Below, in pieces: positions 1 to 7,187 of a DNA stretch of 28,915 nucleotides. Below the pieces are notes generated by a model. That model had not been told where the DNA came from, searched no databases, and saw only the letters and a list, made by a program, of their open reading frames with translations. Origin of the DNA: a virus (taxonomy: Duplodnaviria; Caudoviricetes); IMG/VR virus record IMGVR_UViG_3300042196_000313, positions 1 to 28,915 of that record. One strand, given 5' to 3'. The position numbers and the translations under genes were made by a program. The number at the start of each line of letters is the position of its first letter. Position 1 is the first letter of the stretch.

Positions 1-73
1 GCCAACATAGCGTGAGAGATAATATAGCATAAGCCTCTACGTCTCATCCCGCAGGCGATCCTGCTATTGACGG

Positions 74-436
74 TCAGGGCAGCCGCAGGTTCTTCGGCAC
101 GTCTGGTGGCGTGACCTTGTATTTGAGGCTGTCCTCCGATTCGCCGACGATGTTGACGGCGGTCACAGCAAACGCCTGCGGCACCGGTTGGCCGGCCAAG
201 TCAAACTGGGCGGTAGGGGCCTGCACGGTGCCAATGAGCACGCGATCTGGCGCGGCACAGGGGCCGGATGCTGAGGTGCCGCACTTATAGACGCGATAGC
301 TCGTGACTTCCTGGCCCACGCCAAGGGTCACCCCGTCCACGCCCGTCGTCACGGGGTCCCAGGCGAGGAACGGAGAGGCAACGGCAAGAGTGGCTTGCAA
401 GGCAACGAAGACAAGGGCGAGCAGGATGCGGCGCAT
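74..436 (-). CDS. Secreted fibronectin type III-like protein
   Basis: ATG at 436 with GGGAGG RBS; signal peptide MRRILLALVFVALQATLAVA; FN3-like motifs LAWDPV, SYRVY, FAVTAVN..GES. Confidence 0.65.
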   Translation of the reverse strand: MRRILLALVFVALQATLAVASPFLAWDPVTTGVDGVTLGVGQEVTSYRVYKCGTSASGPCAAPDRVLIGTVQAPTAQFDLAGQPVPQAFAVTAVNIVGESEDSLKYKVTPPDVPKNLRLP

Positions 437-453
437 GGGAACCTCCCTACAAA

Positions 454-506
454 CGTTCGGTGGTTCGGTCGGTCGATTGTTCGATGGTTGCCGGAACAAC
501 CGAACG
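454..506. repeat. Octamer array (GTTCGRTN) with a short inverted copy
   Basis: cgttcggt ggttcggt cggtcgat tgttcgat ... caaccgaacg in the intergenic gap. Confidence 0.6.
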
Positions 507-515
507 GGGTACGGA

Positions 516-986
516 CTAGCTCTCTGTCATGTGGTACTCGACCGCCACATCGCCGATTACGGCCCACCAGGATTCGTCGGCGACGACGTCGACCTGCGTC
601 TCGCGCAGGGCGGTGGCGTTCTCGATCCCGGTGATGCGCGAGGCCAGCAGATTATTATTCAGCGCGGCGGTGATCAGGCCCTGCAGGTCCGCCACCCCCT
701 GCGCATTGCCGGCGGCGTGGCCGATCACCGGCGTCTCGACGTCGCGCAGGTCCTGGACGTAGGCGCGCACGTTCACCGCGTACACCGCCAGGCCCGTCGC
801 CCCCGGCGTCCAGGTGATCGTGAGTCCCCCGTCCGAGACCGTCAGGAACGGCGCCTCCGCCTCCATGGGCAGGAGCTGATTCCCTTGGGCATCCTGGACC
901 ACGACCCAGACGCGGTTCGCGACCTCCGGGATCCTCAGATGCAACTCGTCTCGTACCGCTTTTAGTAGGGCTGCCTTTTGGCTCAC
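516..986 (-). CDS. Putative tail terminator/neck protein (Mu gp37-like position)
   Basis: 156 aa; follows the gp36-like and gpG-like genes; alpha/beta pattern typical of tail-completion proteins. Confidence 0.5.
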   Translation of the reverse strand: MSQKAALLKAVRDELHLRIPEVANRVWVVVQDAQGNQLLPMEAEAPFLTVSDGGLTITWTPGATGLAVYAVNVRAYVQDLRDVETPVIGHAAGNAQGVADLQGLITAALNNNLLASRITGIENATALRETQVDVVADESWWAVIGDVAVEYHMTES

Positions 987-994
987 GTCTCACT

Positions 995-1100
995 CGCATG
1001 GCGCAAGGCGCATGGCGCATAGCGTCCGGCTTCCGGCCCGGAGGGCTCTCCAGCCCGGAGGGATCCGGCGCTCTGCGCTTAGCGCTCTGCGCTTGGCGCG
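995..1100. repeat. Family A heptamer hairpin (GCGCAWR)n-loop-(YWTGCGC)n containing a 33-nt cassette
   Basis: cgcatggcgcaaggcgcatggcgcatagcg...cgctctgcgcttagcgctctgcgcttggcg; contains the TAA stop of the 1079..1603 gene. Confidence 0.9.
1029..1062 (+). mobile_element. 2x17-nt CCCGGAGGG cassette
   Basis: gcttccggcccggaggg ctctccagcccggaggg; removing 33 nt leaves the loop tccggatccgg. Confidence 0.75.
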
Positions 1101-1603
1101 ATGTGGCGCTCTAACATCCCTCGGAGAATTTCTAAATCCTCCGCCTGCGCCACGAGAAACGGGCGCGCGGGAATCCGGACCAGGCGCTGGTGCTGCCGAA
1201 CGGTGGCGTAGGTCGGCGTCTTGAGGCGCCGGCCGAAGGCCCGCGTCACCCGCCGGACGTGCTCGGGCACCGTCATGTTCCCCGCGAAGCCGAGCTGGTG
1301 GACGGCGGCATAGACCACGTTGGTCCCCAGCCGCAGCGTCCGCGGCCCCGTCACGCTGGCCACGATCGAGTTCTTCAGCCGCGCCGTCTTGATCAACGTC
1401 TTCCCGCCCTGGCGCAGCGCCCGAATCGACGGCGGCCAGGGCGCCGGCCGCCCCCCCGCCTGAAACGTCTGCTCCACGCTCCGCACCATGTGCACACCGA
1501 ACTCCGCCAGGACGGGCCGCAGATCCGAGACCCGGCGGACGATCTCCCGCAGCTCCTTCGACACCTGCTCGATGTTGCGCTGGGTGATCTTCAGACTGAT
1601 CAT
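1079..1603 (-). CDS. Phage virion morphogenesis protein (Mu gpG/gp31-like)
   Basis: Motifs LIKTARLKNSI, GTNVVYAAVHQLG, IPARPFL. Confidence 0.9.
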   Translation of the reverse strand: MISLKITQRNIEQVSKELREIVRRVSDLRPVLAEFGVHMVRSVEQTFQAGGRPAPWPPSIRALRQGGKTLIKTARLKNSIVASVTGPRTLRLGTNVVYAAVHQLGFAGNMTVPEHVRRVTRAFGRRLKTPTYATVRQHQRLVRIPARPFLVAQAEDLEILRGMLERHIAPSAER

Positions 1604-1608
1604 TGAAC

Positions 1609-1718
1609 CGCTCTGCGCAAAGCGCTAAGCGCATGGCCGCCGGCCCGCGAGGGCCTCTGGCCCGGAGGGCGCATGGCGTTCGAATCCGGACGCTACGCGC
1701 TCTGCACTATGCGCTTTG
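1609..1718. repeat. Family A heptamer hairpin with a 33-nt cassette
   Basis: gcgcaaagcgctaagcgcatg[cassette]gcgcatggcg..gaatccgga..cgctacgcgctctgcactatgcgctttgc fills the intergenic gap. Confidence 0.9.
1636..1669 (+). mobile_element. 2x17-nt CCCGGAGGG cassette
   Basis: gccgccggcccgcgagg gcctctggcccggaggg; removal restores gcgcatggcgcatggcg. Confidence 0.8.
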
Positions 1719-2177
1719 CTAGAACCCGTCCAGGCTCCCCACGTCCCCCGTGCTCGGACGGCCGATCGTGAACGTGCGGTCCTCCGAGGAGCGCGACGCC
1801 TCGGGTTGATCGCTGGCGTCCGTGGCCACCTCGCCGCCGCCGGTGGCGGGCAGGACCATGGTGCCCGTGGAAAGGGCCTTCAGCTTCGCGACCGCGTCCT
1901 CGTAATCCTGGCGCCGGCGCTCGTTGCTCATCCCGCGCCGCCCGTAGAGGCGCCAGATGCTGACCGCCACCGAAAGCTGGCGCAGGAGCGCCGGGACCGG
2001 GGAGACCGGCACGGGGTACCGGCTCCCCAGGTACCCGTCGATCTCGGCGTCCGCCTGGGCGATCGCCTCGGTGAGGATCGTGGCGTCCGCCAGCCCGTCC
2101 TGGTTGTCATCCGTGAGCTGGACGAGCTGCGCCGGCGTCAGCAGCTTCTCGATGTCCGCTTGCACACAGTAGGCCAC
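1719..2177 (-). CDS. Head-tail adaptor, Mu gp36-like (DUF1320)
   Basis: GTG start at 2177 with GAGG RBS; AYCVQADI, AIAQADAEIDGYLGSRYPVP, YEDAVAKL. Confidence 0.9.
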   Translation of the reverse strand: MAYCVQADIEKLLTPAQLVQLTDDNQDGLADATILTEAIAQADAEIDGYLGSRYPVPVSPVPALLRQLSVAVSIWRLYGRRGMSNERRRQDYEDAVAKLKALSTGTMVLPATGGGEVATDASDQPEASRSSEDRTFTIGRPSTGDVGSLDGF

Positions 2178-2185
2178 GGTGGCCT

Positions 2186-2264
2186 CGCAGGGCGCATGGC
2201 GCAAAGCGCATGGCGCCGGAGTCCGACGCTATGCGCTCTGCGCTATGCTCTATGCGCTACGCGC
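2186..2264. repeat. Family A heptamer hairpin
   Basis: gcgcatggcgcaaagcgcatggcg ccggagtccga cgctatgcgctctgcgctatgctctatgcgc. Confidence 0.9.
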
Positions 2265-3251
2265 CTAGGTGAGAATCGTATCCTTCCACATGAAGCCGCC
2301 GAATGTGCCAGTGACCACGATGTCCGTCTCCTCGGCGACCTCGTATACGTCCTGATGCTCGGCCGGCTCGCGCCAGGTGCTCGTCCGCCGGACCTGCCCG
2401 TTCTCGTAGGTCACGCGGACCTGGTAGCCGGTGCTCGGCACCTTGAGCCCAGGGCGCATCGGCCGGTAGAACAGGAAGGCCGAACCCTTCCCGGCGTTCG
2501 CCTCCCAGATATTCACTGAGGTGAAGTCTGTCCCGTCCTTCTTCTCGACGGCCGAGCTGTAGATCGCGCCGGCCACCAGGACCTCCTCGATCTGGAAGAG
2601 CGCCGCCAGCACATTGGGCGTGATGATCGCCCGCTCCACATAGGCGATCCGGTTTTGCACGGCCGTGACTTGCCGGACCGCGCTGAAGGTGTTGCCCGAG
2701 AGCGCCAGGACGTTCGGCCGGCGGCCGATGGCGCTCCGAATCGTCTCGATCCGGGTCTCGACATCCCCGACGAAGGTGTTGGTCGCGTCGTTGGGGGCCC
2801 AGAGTCCGGCGGCGTCTTCCCCGCCGGCACCGGCGCCGGAAAAGTTCGTCGCATTGATCAGCGCGAACATCCGGCGTTCCTTGCTGAGGTCGATGGCATT
2901 GGCGCCGAACTCGATCGCGTCCTGATCAGGCTGGAGCGGCGGCGCCCCTCGCGAGGCGGCGAATCGCCGATCCTCGTCCGGGACCTCCTTGGCGAAGGCG
3001 AATTCCTTTGTCGCCACGTCCACCAGATCGATTGGGTAGCCCCCACGCGGGGCGCGGGCGCCGGGACCGCGAACACCCGCTTCGTCCCGGAACCAGGCTC
3101 CCCGGGCATATCGGGCGATCTTCGACTTGGGATCGGTGGTGTCGATGATCGGAAAGATCCGATCGCCGACGTACTCGGCGTTGCGGAAGGCCACGCTCAC
3201 CTCGCTCAGCGGCCCCGCAACGATCAGCTCTTTCACACTCGGCTGCGCCAT
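2265..3251 (-). CDS. Major capsid protein
   Basis: 328 aa downstream of protease/scaffold and decoration genes; PLSEVSVAFRN, IFPII, GRRPNVLAL; strong RBS. Confidence 0.85.
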   Translation of the reverse strand: MAQPSVKELIVAGPLSEVSVAFRNAEYVGDRIFPIIDTTDPKSKIARYARGAWFRDEAGVRGPGARAPRGGYPIDLVDVATKEFAFAKEVPDEDRRFAASRGAPPLQPDQDAIEFGANAIDLSKERRMFALINATNFSGAGAGGEDAAGLWAPNDATNTFVGDVETRIETIRSAIGRRPNVLALSGNTFSAVRQVTAVQNRIAYVERAIITPNVLAALFQIEEVLVAGAIYSSAVEKKDGTDFTSVNIWEANAGKGSAFLFYRPMRPGLKVPSTGYQVRVTYENGQVRRTSTWREPAEHQDVYEVAEETDIVVTGTFGGFMWKDTILT

Positions 3252-3270
3252 GCTCTCTTCTCCTTTCCGC

Positions 3271-3293
3271 CCTATGCGCTACGTGCGTTGCGC
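3271..3293. repeat. Family A half array (degenerate)
   Basis: cctatgcgctacgtgcgttgcgc upstream of the capsid RBS. Confidence 0.55.
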
Positions 3294-3304
3294 CAGGCGT
3301 TCCG

Positions 3305-3703
3305 TTACGCTTTGACCGTGAGTGGGGTCAACAGGGCGCTGCCGAGCTCATCCTCGGCTCCGCCCGCCAGAAGCACCCCGACGGGATAGCCGGTCGCCAC
3401 GGCGGCGATGGCCTTGCCCGCGTCGCTGGCGGACACATACTCCATCTGGATGATCGCTCCGATCGCCAGCGTCGCGCCGAGCTGCACTTTGCTGATCCCG
3501 CCACAGCCGATAGGCCGGACGACGGCGGCTACATCCGCAGCATTCGGGGCGTTCTGGAGCACGCCAAATGGGATGTCGGTGGCCGCATTCGGTCGGCGTA
3601 CCTTGCCGCTGGTGGCATCCAGGACAACGATTCGGTACTGGTCGTTGCTCAGGTCCTCGTCTGCCGGATAGGGCACATCGAGGACCCTGTTCTCCGTTGT
3701 CAT
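3305..3703 (-). CDS. Head decoration/capsid cement protein (DUF2190-like)
   Basis: ATG at 3703 with AAGGAG RBS; small Gly/Ala-rich protein, FGVLQNAP, GKAIAA; lies between scaffold and capsid. Confidence 0.75.
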   Translation of the reverse strand: MTTENRVLDVPYPADEDLSNDQYRIVVLDATSGKVRRPNAATDIPFGVLQNAPNAADVAAVVRPIGCGGISKVQLGATLAIGAIIQMEYVSASDAGKAIAAVATGYPVGVLLAGGAEDELGSALLTPLTVKA

Positions 3704-3718
3704 TCGCTCTCTCCTTTC

Positions 3719-3793
3719 GCGCAGAGCGCAAAGCGCATGGCGCATGGCGCCGGACGCTCTGCGCTATGCTCTATGCGCTTAGCGTCTAGCGCG
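3719..3793. repeat. Family A heptamer hairpin
   Basis: gcgcagagcgcaaagcgcatggcgcatggcg ccgga cgctctgcgctatgctctatgcgcttagcg. Confidence 0.9.
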
Positions 3794-4412
3794 TGGGCCG
3801 CGCCTCTTCGGCGTATTCCCGCGCCAGATCGGGGTGGGCCTTCTGGATCTCCACGAAGGCCACGTTGTAGTTCACCTTCTGGTCCTGCATGTGCTTCCGG
3901 ACCAGGGCGTCCAGCTTCTCGCCGGCGGACCCGGCGCCCAGGGCCGGGTCGTCTTTCTTCCGCCCGGCGATCTCCTGGAGCGTCACCACCTTGGGCAGCT
4001 CGCCGAAGAAGGCCAGCAGGATCTCTCCGGGGTTCTGTTTCTTCCCTTCGGCGAATTCCATCGGATCCTGGAGCAGGAGCTGCTCGAGGACCGCCGGGAT
4101 CCCTTGCTCCTTCCAGGCCGGCAGGAACGTCCCGGCCTTGATCCCCCCCTCGACGAACACCGTGACCTTCGCCTTGACTTCCGCAGAGCGCATAGCGCTT
4201 AGCGCATGGCGCTCGGCATCGGCGCGCGCGCGCGCGGCGGCGGCCGCTTCCCGCTCCAGGACCTGGGCCTCGGTGAAGGTCGCCGCTCGGCCCTCGCCTT
4301 TCGACTCTGGGCTCTCCTCGCCTGGGATCTTCACGCCCTCCGGGCTGGAAGCCCCTCCGGGCTGGAAGCCCGCCTCGGCGAAGAGCGCCTGCAACTTCTG
4401 CCAGAACGTCAT
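3786..4412 (-). CDS. Scaffolding protein from an internal in-frame start (Mu gpZ-like)
   Basis: In-frame ATG at 4412 preceded by GAGGAGG; mirrors the nested I/Z arrangement of Mu. Confidence 0.65.
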   Translation of the reverse strand: MTFWQKLQALFAEAGFQPGGASSPEGVKIPGEESPESKGEGRAATFTEAQVLEREAAAAARARADAERHALSAMRSAEVKAKVTVFVEGGIKAGTFLPAWKEQGIPAVLEQLLLQDPMEFAEGKKQNPGEILLAFFGELPKVVTLQEIAGRKKDDPALGAGSAGEKLDALVRKHMQDQKVNYNVAFVEIQKAHPDLAREYAEEARPTR

Positions 4413-5117
4413 TGTCTTGCCTCCTCTCTGTTCTCCCCCACCCGTTCCCTCCCCCCGCCGCGGGGGAGGGGCGGGGAGGGGGGGGTCCTCCGATTTCGGA
4501 TTTCGAATTTCGGATTTCGGATTTTCCACAAACATCTCGGCCTCGACCAGGGATCGGAGGGAGTCCACCTGGTCCAGGATGGTCGTCTTCTTGTCGGCGA
4601 TCGCATCGTCGCTGAGGATCCCGTGCACCCGGTCCATGAGCAGGTAGCAGCCGTCGAGCACGCGCATCACCGCGGCCTGGCGGTCGAGGGCTTCGGCGAT
4701 CGGCATATCCAGATCGTGCTGTTCAAATTGCCCTTCCGACCAGCGGATCGGGGTCATGCCCTTGACCGCCGGGATCTCGGCGCCCAGGAAGCCCACGTGG
4801 CGCAGGTAGGGTCCGGAGACGCCCTCCAAGGCCCGATAAATGGCCATGGAGATCTTCTTGAACCGGCCTTCACGGACGGCCTGACGCAGCTCGGGCGCGA
4901 CCTGGCGGACCTTGGCCCAGAGCGTGTCGCCCATTCGGCGCAAGGCCTCGACCCAGCCCACGGCGGGACTGTCGCTGTCCGGGTGGCCCAGGACCAGCGG
5001 CGCCTCGTGCCGCGTGGGATCATAGTTCCGGACCATGGCGTCGAGATCCGCCGGGGCGATCGGCAGCTTCCCCTCGTAATTCCCGATCCGAAAGATCTGG
5101 ATCCAGTCGTGCATCAT
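3786..5117 (-). CDS. Prohead protease with C-terminal scaffold (Mu gpI-like)
   Basis: ATG at 5117; WIQIFRIGNY, APLVLGHP, PAVGWV, YLRHVGFLGAEIPAVKG. Confidence 0.9.
   Translation of the reverse strand: MMHDWIQIFRIGNYEGKLPIAPADLDAMVRNYDPTRHEAPLVLGHPDSDSPAVGWVEALRRMGDTLWAKVRQVAPELRQAVREGRFKKISMAIYRALEGVSGPYLRHVGFLGAEIPAVKGMTPIRWSEGQFEQHDLDMPIAEALDRQAAVMRVLDGCYLLMDRVHGILSDDAIADKKTTILDQVDSLRSLVEAEMFVENPKSEIRNPKSEDPPLPAPPPRRGEGTGGGEQRGGKTMTFWQKLQALFAEAGFQPGGASSPEGVKIPGEESPESKGEGRAATFTEAQVLEREAAAAARARADAERHALSAMRSAEVKAKVTVFVEGGIKAGTFLPAWKEQGIPAVLEQLLLQDPMEFAEGKKQNPGEILLAFFGELPKVVTLQEIAGRKKDDPALGAGSAGEKLDALVRKHMQDQKVNYNVAFVEIQKAHPDLAREYAEEARPTR
4183..4214. repeat. Family A half array in frame in the scaffold
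   Basis: gcagagcgcatagcgcttagcgcatggcgctc encodes ERHALSAMRSA. Confidence 0.8.
4336..4369 (-). mobile_element. 2x17-nt CCCGGAGGG cassette, in frame in the scaffold
   Basis: Perfect tandem ccctccgggctggaagc x2; removal gives LFAEAGVKIPG. Confidence 0.8.
4447..4485. repeat. REP-like GC hairpin CCCTCCCCC..GGGGGAGGG with G-rich tail
   Basis: ccctccccc cgccgc gggggaggg gcggggaggggggg. Confidence 0.7.
4492..4524. repeat. Heptamer array (RATTTCG)x4+
   Basis: gatttcg gatttcg aatttcg gatttcg gattt; encodes NPKSEIRNPKS. Confidence 0.9.
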
Positions 5118-5130
5118 CGCTCCCTTTGGT

Positions 5131-5212
5131 CGCTCTGCGCATGGCGCATAGCGCATAGGGCATAGCGCTCAGAATCCGGCGCTATGCGCTCAGCGCTTTG
5201 CGCTTTGCGCTA
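5131..5212. repeat. Family A heptamer hairpin
   Basis: gcgcatggcgcatagcgcatagggcatagcg..gaatccgg..cgctatgcgctcagcgctttgcgctttgcgc. Confidence 0.9.
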
Positions 5213-5992
5213 GGAGCGCACCAGCTCCAGCGTATTGCTCTCGTCCGCGGTGCCGAAGGCGGAGCCGATGGCCGCGACCCACTCCGGCAAGATCAGACCC
5301 GTCGGCTGCCAGTTCCGCGTGAATTCCAGATTGGCCCCCAGGGCATCTTGGGACGCCAGGACCTGGCCGATATAGATCCGCTTGGCCAGGCCGGCGGTGG
5401 TCGGGGCCGTGCTCGCCCGGATCCGCAGGTTGTAGCGGTTCGGGTTGACGCCCGTGCCGGATCCGCCCTTGGCCCAGTCGCTCTTGGGATCGAAGAGCAC
5501 CAGGAACTCGTTGATCGTCCAGGTCACGCCCGCGGAGCGCGGGATATCCACCAGCATCCCCGTCGCCGCGACCGCGGTCCAGGCGCTGCCGTTCCAGTAT
5601 TCGATCACGTGGACCTGGCCGGCGCCGATGCTCGCCGTGGAAATGTCGTAGCCGATGGCGCCGAATTTCTCGTCGCAGCCGATGACGTGGCCATCATTGG
5701 CGCTCGTGGTCTCCAGGGCGAAGTCATTCGTGCCGACGTCCTGGGCATCGTCGGTATCGGCCGTGTAGGTCGTCGTGGCATTCACCCACTGGCCGGCCTC
5801 CCACTTGCTATCCGGGATCAGGGCGACCAGGGCGACGGCCACGGCGCCCGCGCCGCGATTCTGGAGCCAGGCCGCGAAGAGCAGCGGCTGGGTGGTCGGG
5901 ATGAAGCCGGCCGAGGCAGGGACCACGCCCTGCGCCGTCAGCGGCTGGCCCAGCCACTTGTAGGGATTCGCCTCGCGGTACTGTCTGCCCAT
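5210..5992 (-). CDS. Hypothetical beta-rich protein, possibly virion-associated
   Basis: 260 aa, GGAGGGAG RBS; Trp/Gly/Thr-rich with IEYWNGSAW motif; lies in the head operon. Confidence 0.7.
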   Translation of the reverse strand: MGRQYREANPYKWLGQPLTAQGVVPASAGFIPTTQPLLFAAWLQNRGAGAVAVALVALIPDSKWEAGQWVNATTTYTADTDDAQDVGTNDFALETTSANDGHVIGCDEKFGAIGYDISTASIGAGQVHVIEYWNGSAWTAVAATGMLVDIPRSAGVTWTINEFLVLFDPKSDWAKGGSGTGVNPNRYNLRIRASTAPTTAGLAKRIYIGQVLASQDALGANLEFTRNWQPTGLILPEWVAAIGSAFGTADESNTLELVRS

Positions 5993-6006
5993 GGCTCCCT
6001 CCGGTC

Positions 6007-6119
6007 GCAGCTGGCAGCTGGCAGGTTGCAGCTGGCAGCTTCTGATATTTGTTTTCTGCTAGCTGCCCGCCCTCCGGGGCGGAGCCCCCTCCGGGGCGGA
6101 GCCTGCCTGCTGCCCGCTA
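6007..6119. repeat. Family B heptamer hairpin (GCAGCTG)n...(CTGCCNG)n with a 33-nt cassette
   Basis: gcagctggcagctggcaggttgcagctggcagc...ctgctagctgcccg[cassette]ctgcctgctgcccgctag. Confidence 0.85.
6070..6103 (-). mobile_element. 2x17-nt CCCGGAGGG cassette
   Basis: Perfect tandem ccctccggggcggagcc x2; removal restores ctgcccg ctgcctg ctgcccg. Confidence 0.85.
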
Positions 6120-7136
6120 GACCTCCCGTATCGCCTTCGCCGCATTTCCGGCAAAGCCCGGATCCGGCTGGGGGACCGCGCGGCGGCTGGGGCGGATGCC
6201 CTTCGCCTCCGCCTCCTCGATGCTGATCGCCGTCACGGTGCAGCGGCAGTTGAAGCCGTTCGGCGGCCACCACTCGTCCCAGACCGGATCGTCGCGGCGG
6301 GCGATGAAGCCGTCCATGGCGGCGTGCGCCGGGCGGACCCGGTCATCCCCGACGGTGTGGTACTGGAAGAAGGGGAAGGCCTCGGCCACCTCGGGCGCGT
6401 GATACATCTCCCACCGGCCGGCGTTGTAGGCGGTCTGGATGTTGGTATTAAAGACCGTCTCCGCGTGGTACGGGTTGACCGCGGTGATTCCCCCGGCGTC
6501 CGCCGCCTCCTCGAGGCCGGCGAGGAAGTCGCGCATCGTCAGGCCGCGCGCCAGGACCTGGTCCAGCCAGCCCTGGACGACGGCCACGGCCCGCGCCGTC
6601 TCCTGGCCGGCGATCGTGAACGCCCGGGCGCGATAGGCCTCGGTGAGCTGGCCGAAGGCCTGGGTGGTCATGGGGACCTTGTCCCGGAACAGGGCGATGG
6701 CCTCGACGGGATCCAGCGGCTCCAGCTCGACATCGCCAAGCGCAAAGCGCAGAGCGCCTAGCGTCTGAGTCCGGCGCCATGCGCCATGCTCTATGCGCTC
6801 TGCGAAGGCCGTTTCCACGGGCTTCGCAAATCCGAACCCCTGCCCCTCGACCTCGCGGACGACCTGGGCCCGGCCCAGGAGATCCCCGGTCACCATCCCG
6901 GCCACGAGCGCAGAGAGCAGCGTGGCATCCTTGGGCGGGTCGGCCGCCAGCGCATCCAGCGTCGGGCCCACGGATTCCAGGATCACCATGCCGCGCACGA
7001 CATCCAGGATCTGCTCGGCCAGGCGCGCGGTCGCCGCGATCCCCCGGCGCAGCGTCGCCCGGACCAGCGCCTCCGTCTCGCCGGCGATCCGGTCAATGTC
7101 TTCGGCGTACTGCAGAGCGCTTGGCGCAGAGCGCAT
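6117..7136 (-). CDS. Head morphogenesis protein (Mu gpF/gp30, SPP1 gp7 family)
   Basis: RAFTIAG, TNIQTAYNAGRW, DDRVRPAH, WWPPNGFNCRC. Confidence 0.93.
   Translation of the reverse strand: MRSAPSALQYAEDIDRIAGETEALVRATLRRGIAATARLAEQILDVVRGMVILESVGPTLDALAADPPKDATLLSALVAGMVTGDLLGRAQVVREVEGQGFGFAKPVETAFAERIEHGAWRRTQTLGALRFALGDVELEPLDPVEAIALFRDKVPMTTQAFGQLTEAYRARAFTIAGQETARAVAVVQGWLDQVLARGLTMRDFLAGLEEAADAGGITAVNPYHAETVFNTNIQTAYNAGRWEMYHAPEVAEAFPFFQYHTVGDDRVRPAHAAMDGFIARRDDPVWDEWWPPNGFNCRCTVTAISIEEAEAKGIRPSRRAVPQPDPGFAGNAAKAIREV
6735..6804. repeat. Complete family A hairpin in frame in the gpF-like gene
   Basis: Encodes AERIEHGAWRRTQTLGALRFALG; loop tgagtccgg. Confidence 0.88.
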
Positions 7137-7187
7137 GGCGATCAGATCCCTCCGGCGCTACGCGCTCTGCGCTTAGCGCTTAGCGCC
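7112..7187. repeat. Family A hairpin spanning the portal stop and gpF start
   Basis: gcagagcgcttggcgcagagcgcatggcg..tccgg..cgctacgcgctctgcgcttagcgcttagcgc. Confidence 0.88.

Noticed and set aside
2178-5156. ORF-track starts at 2204, 3745 and 5156 (MRHAPC/MRHALC/MRYAPC)
   Set aside because: These ATGs come from family A repeats; downstream starts at 2177, 3703 and 5117 have RBSs and family-typical N-termini.
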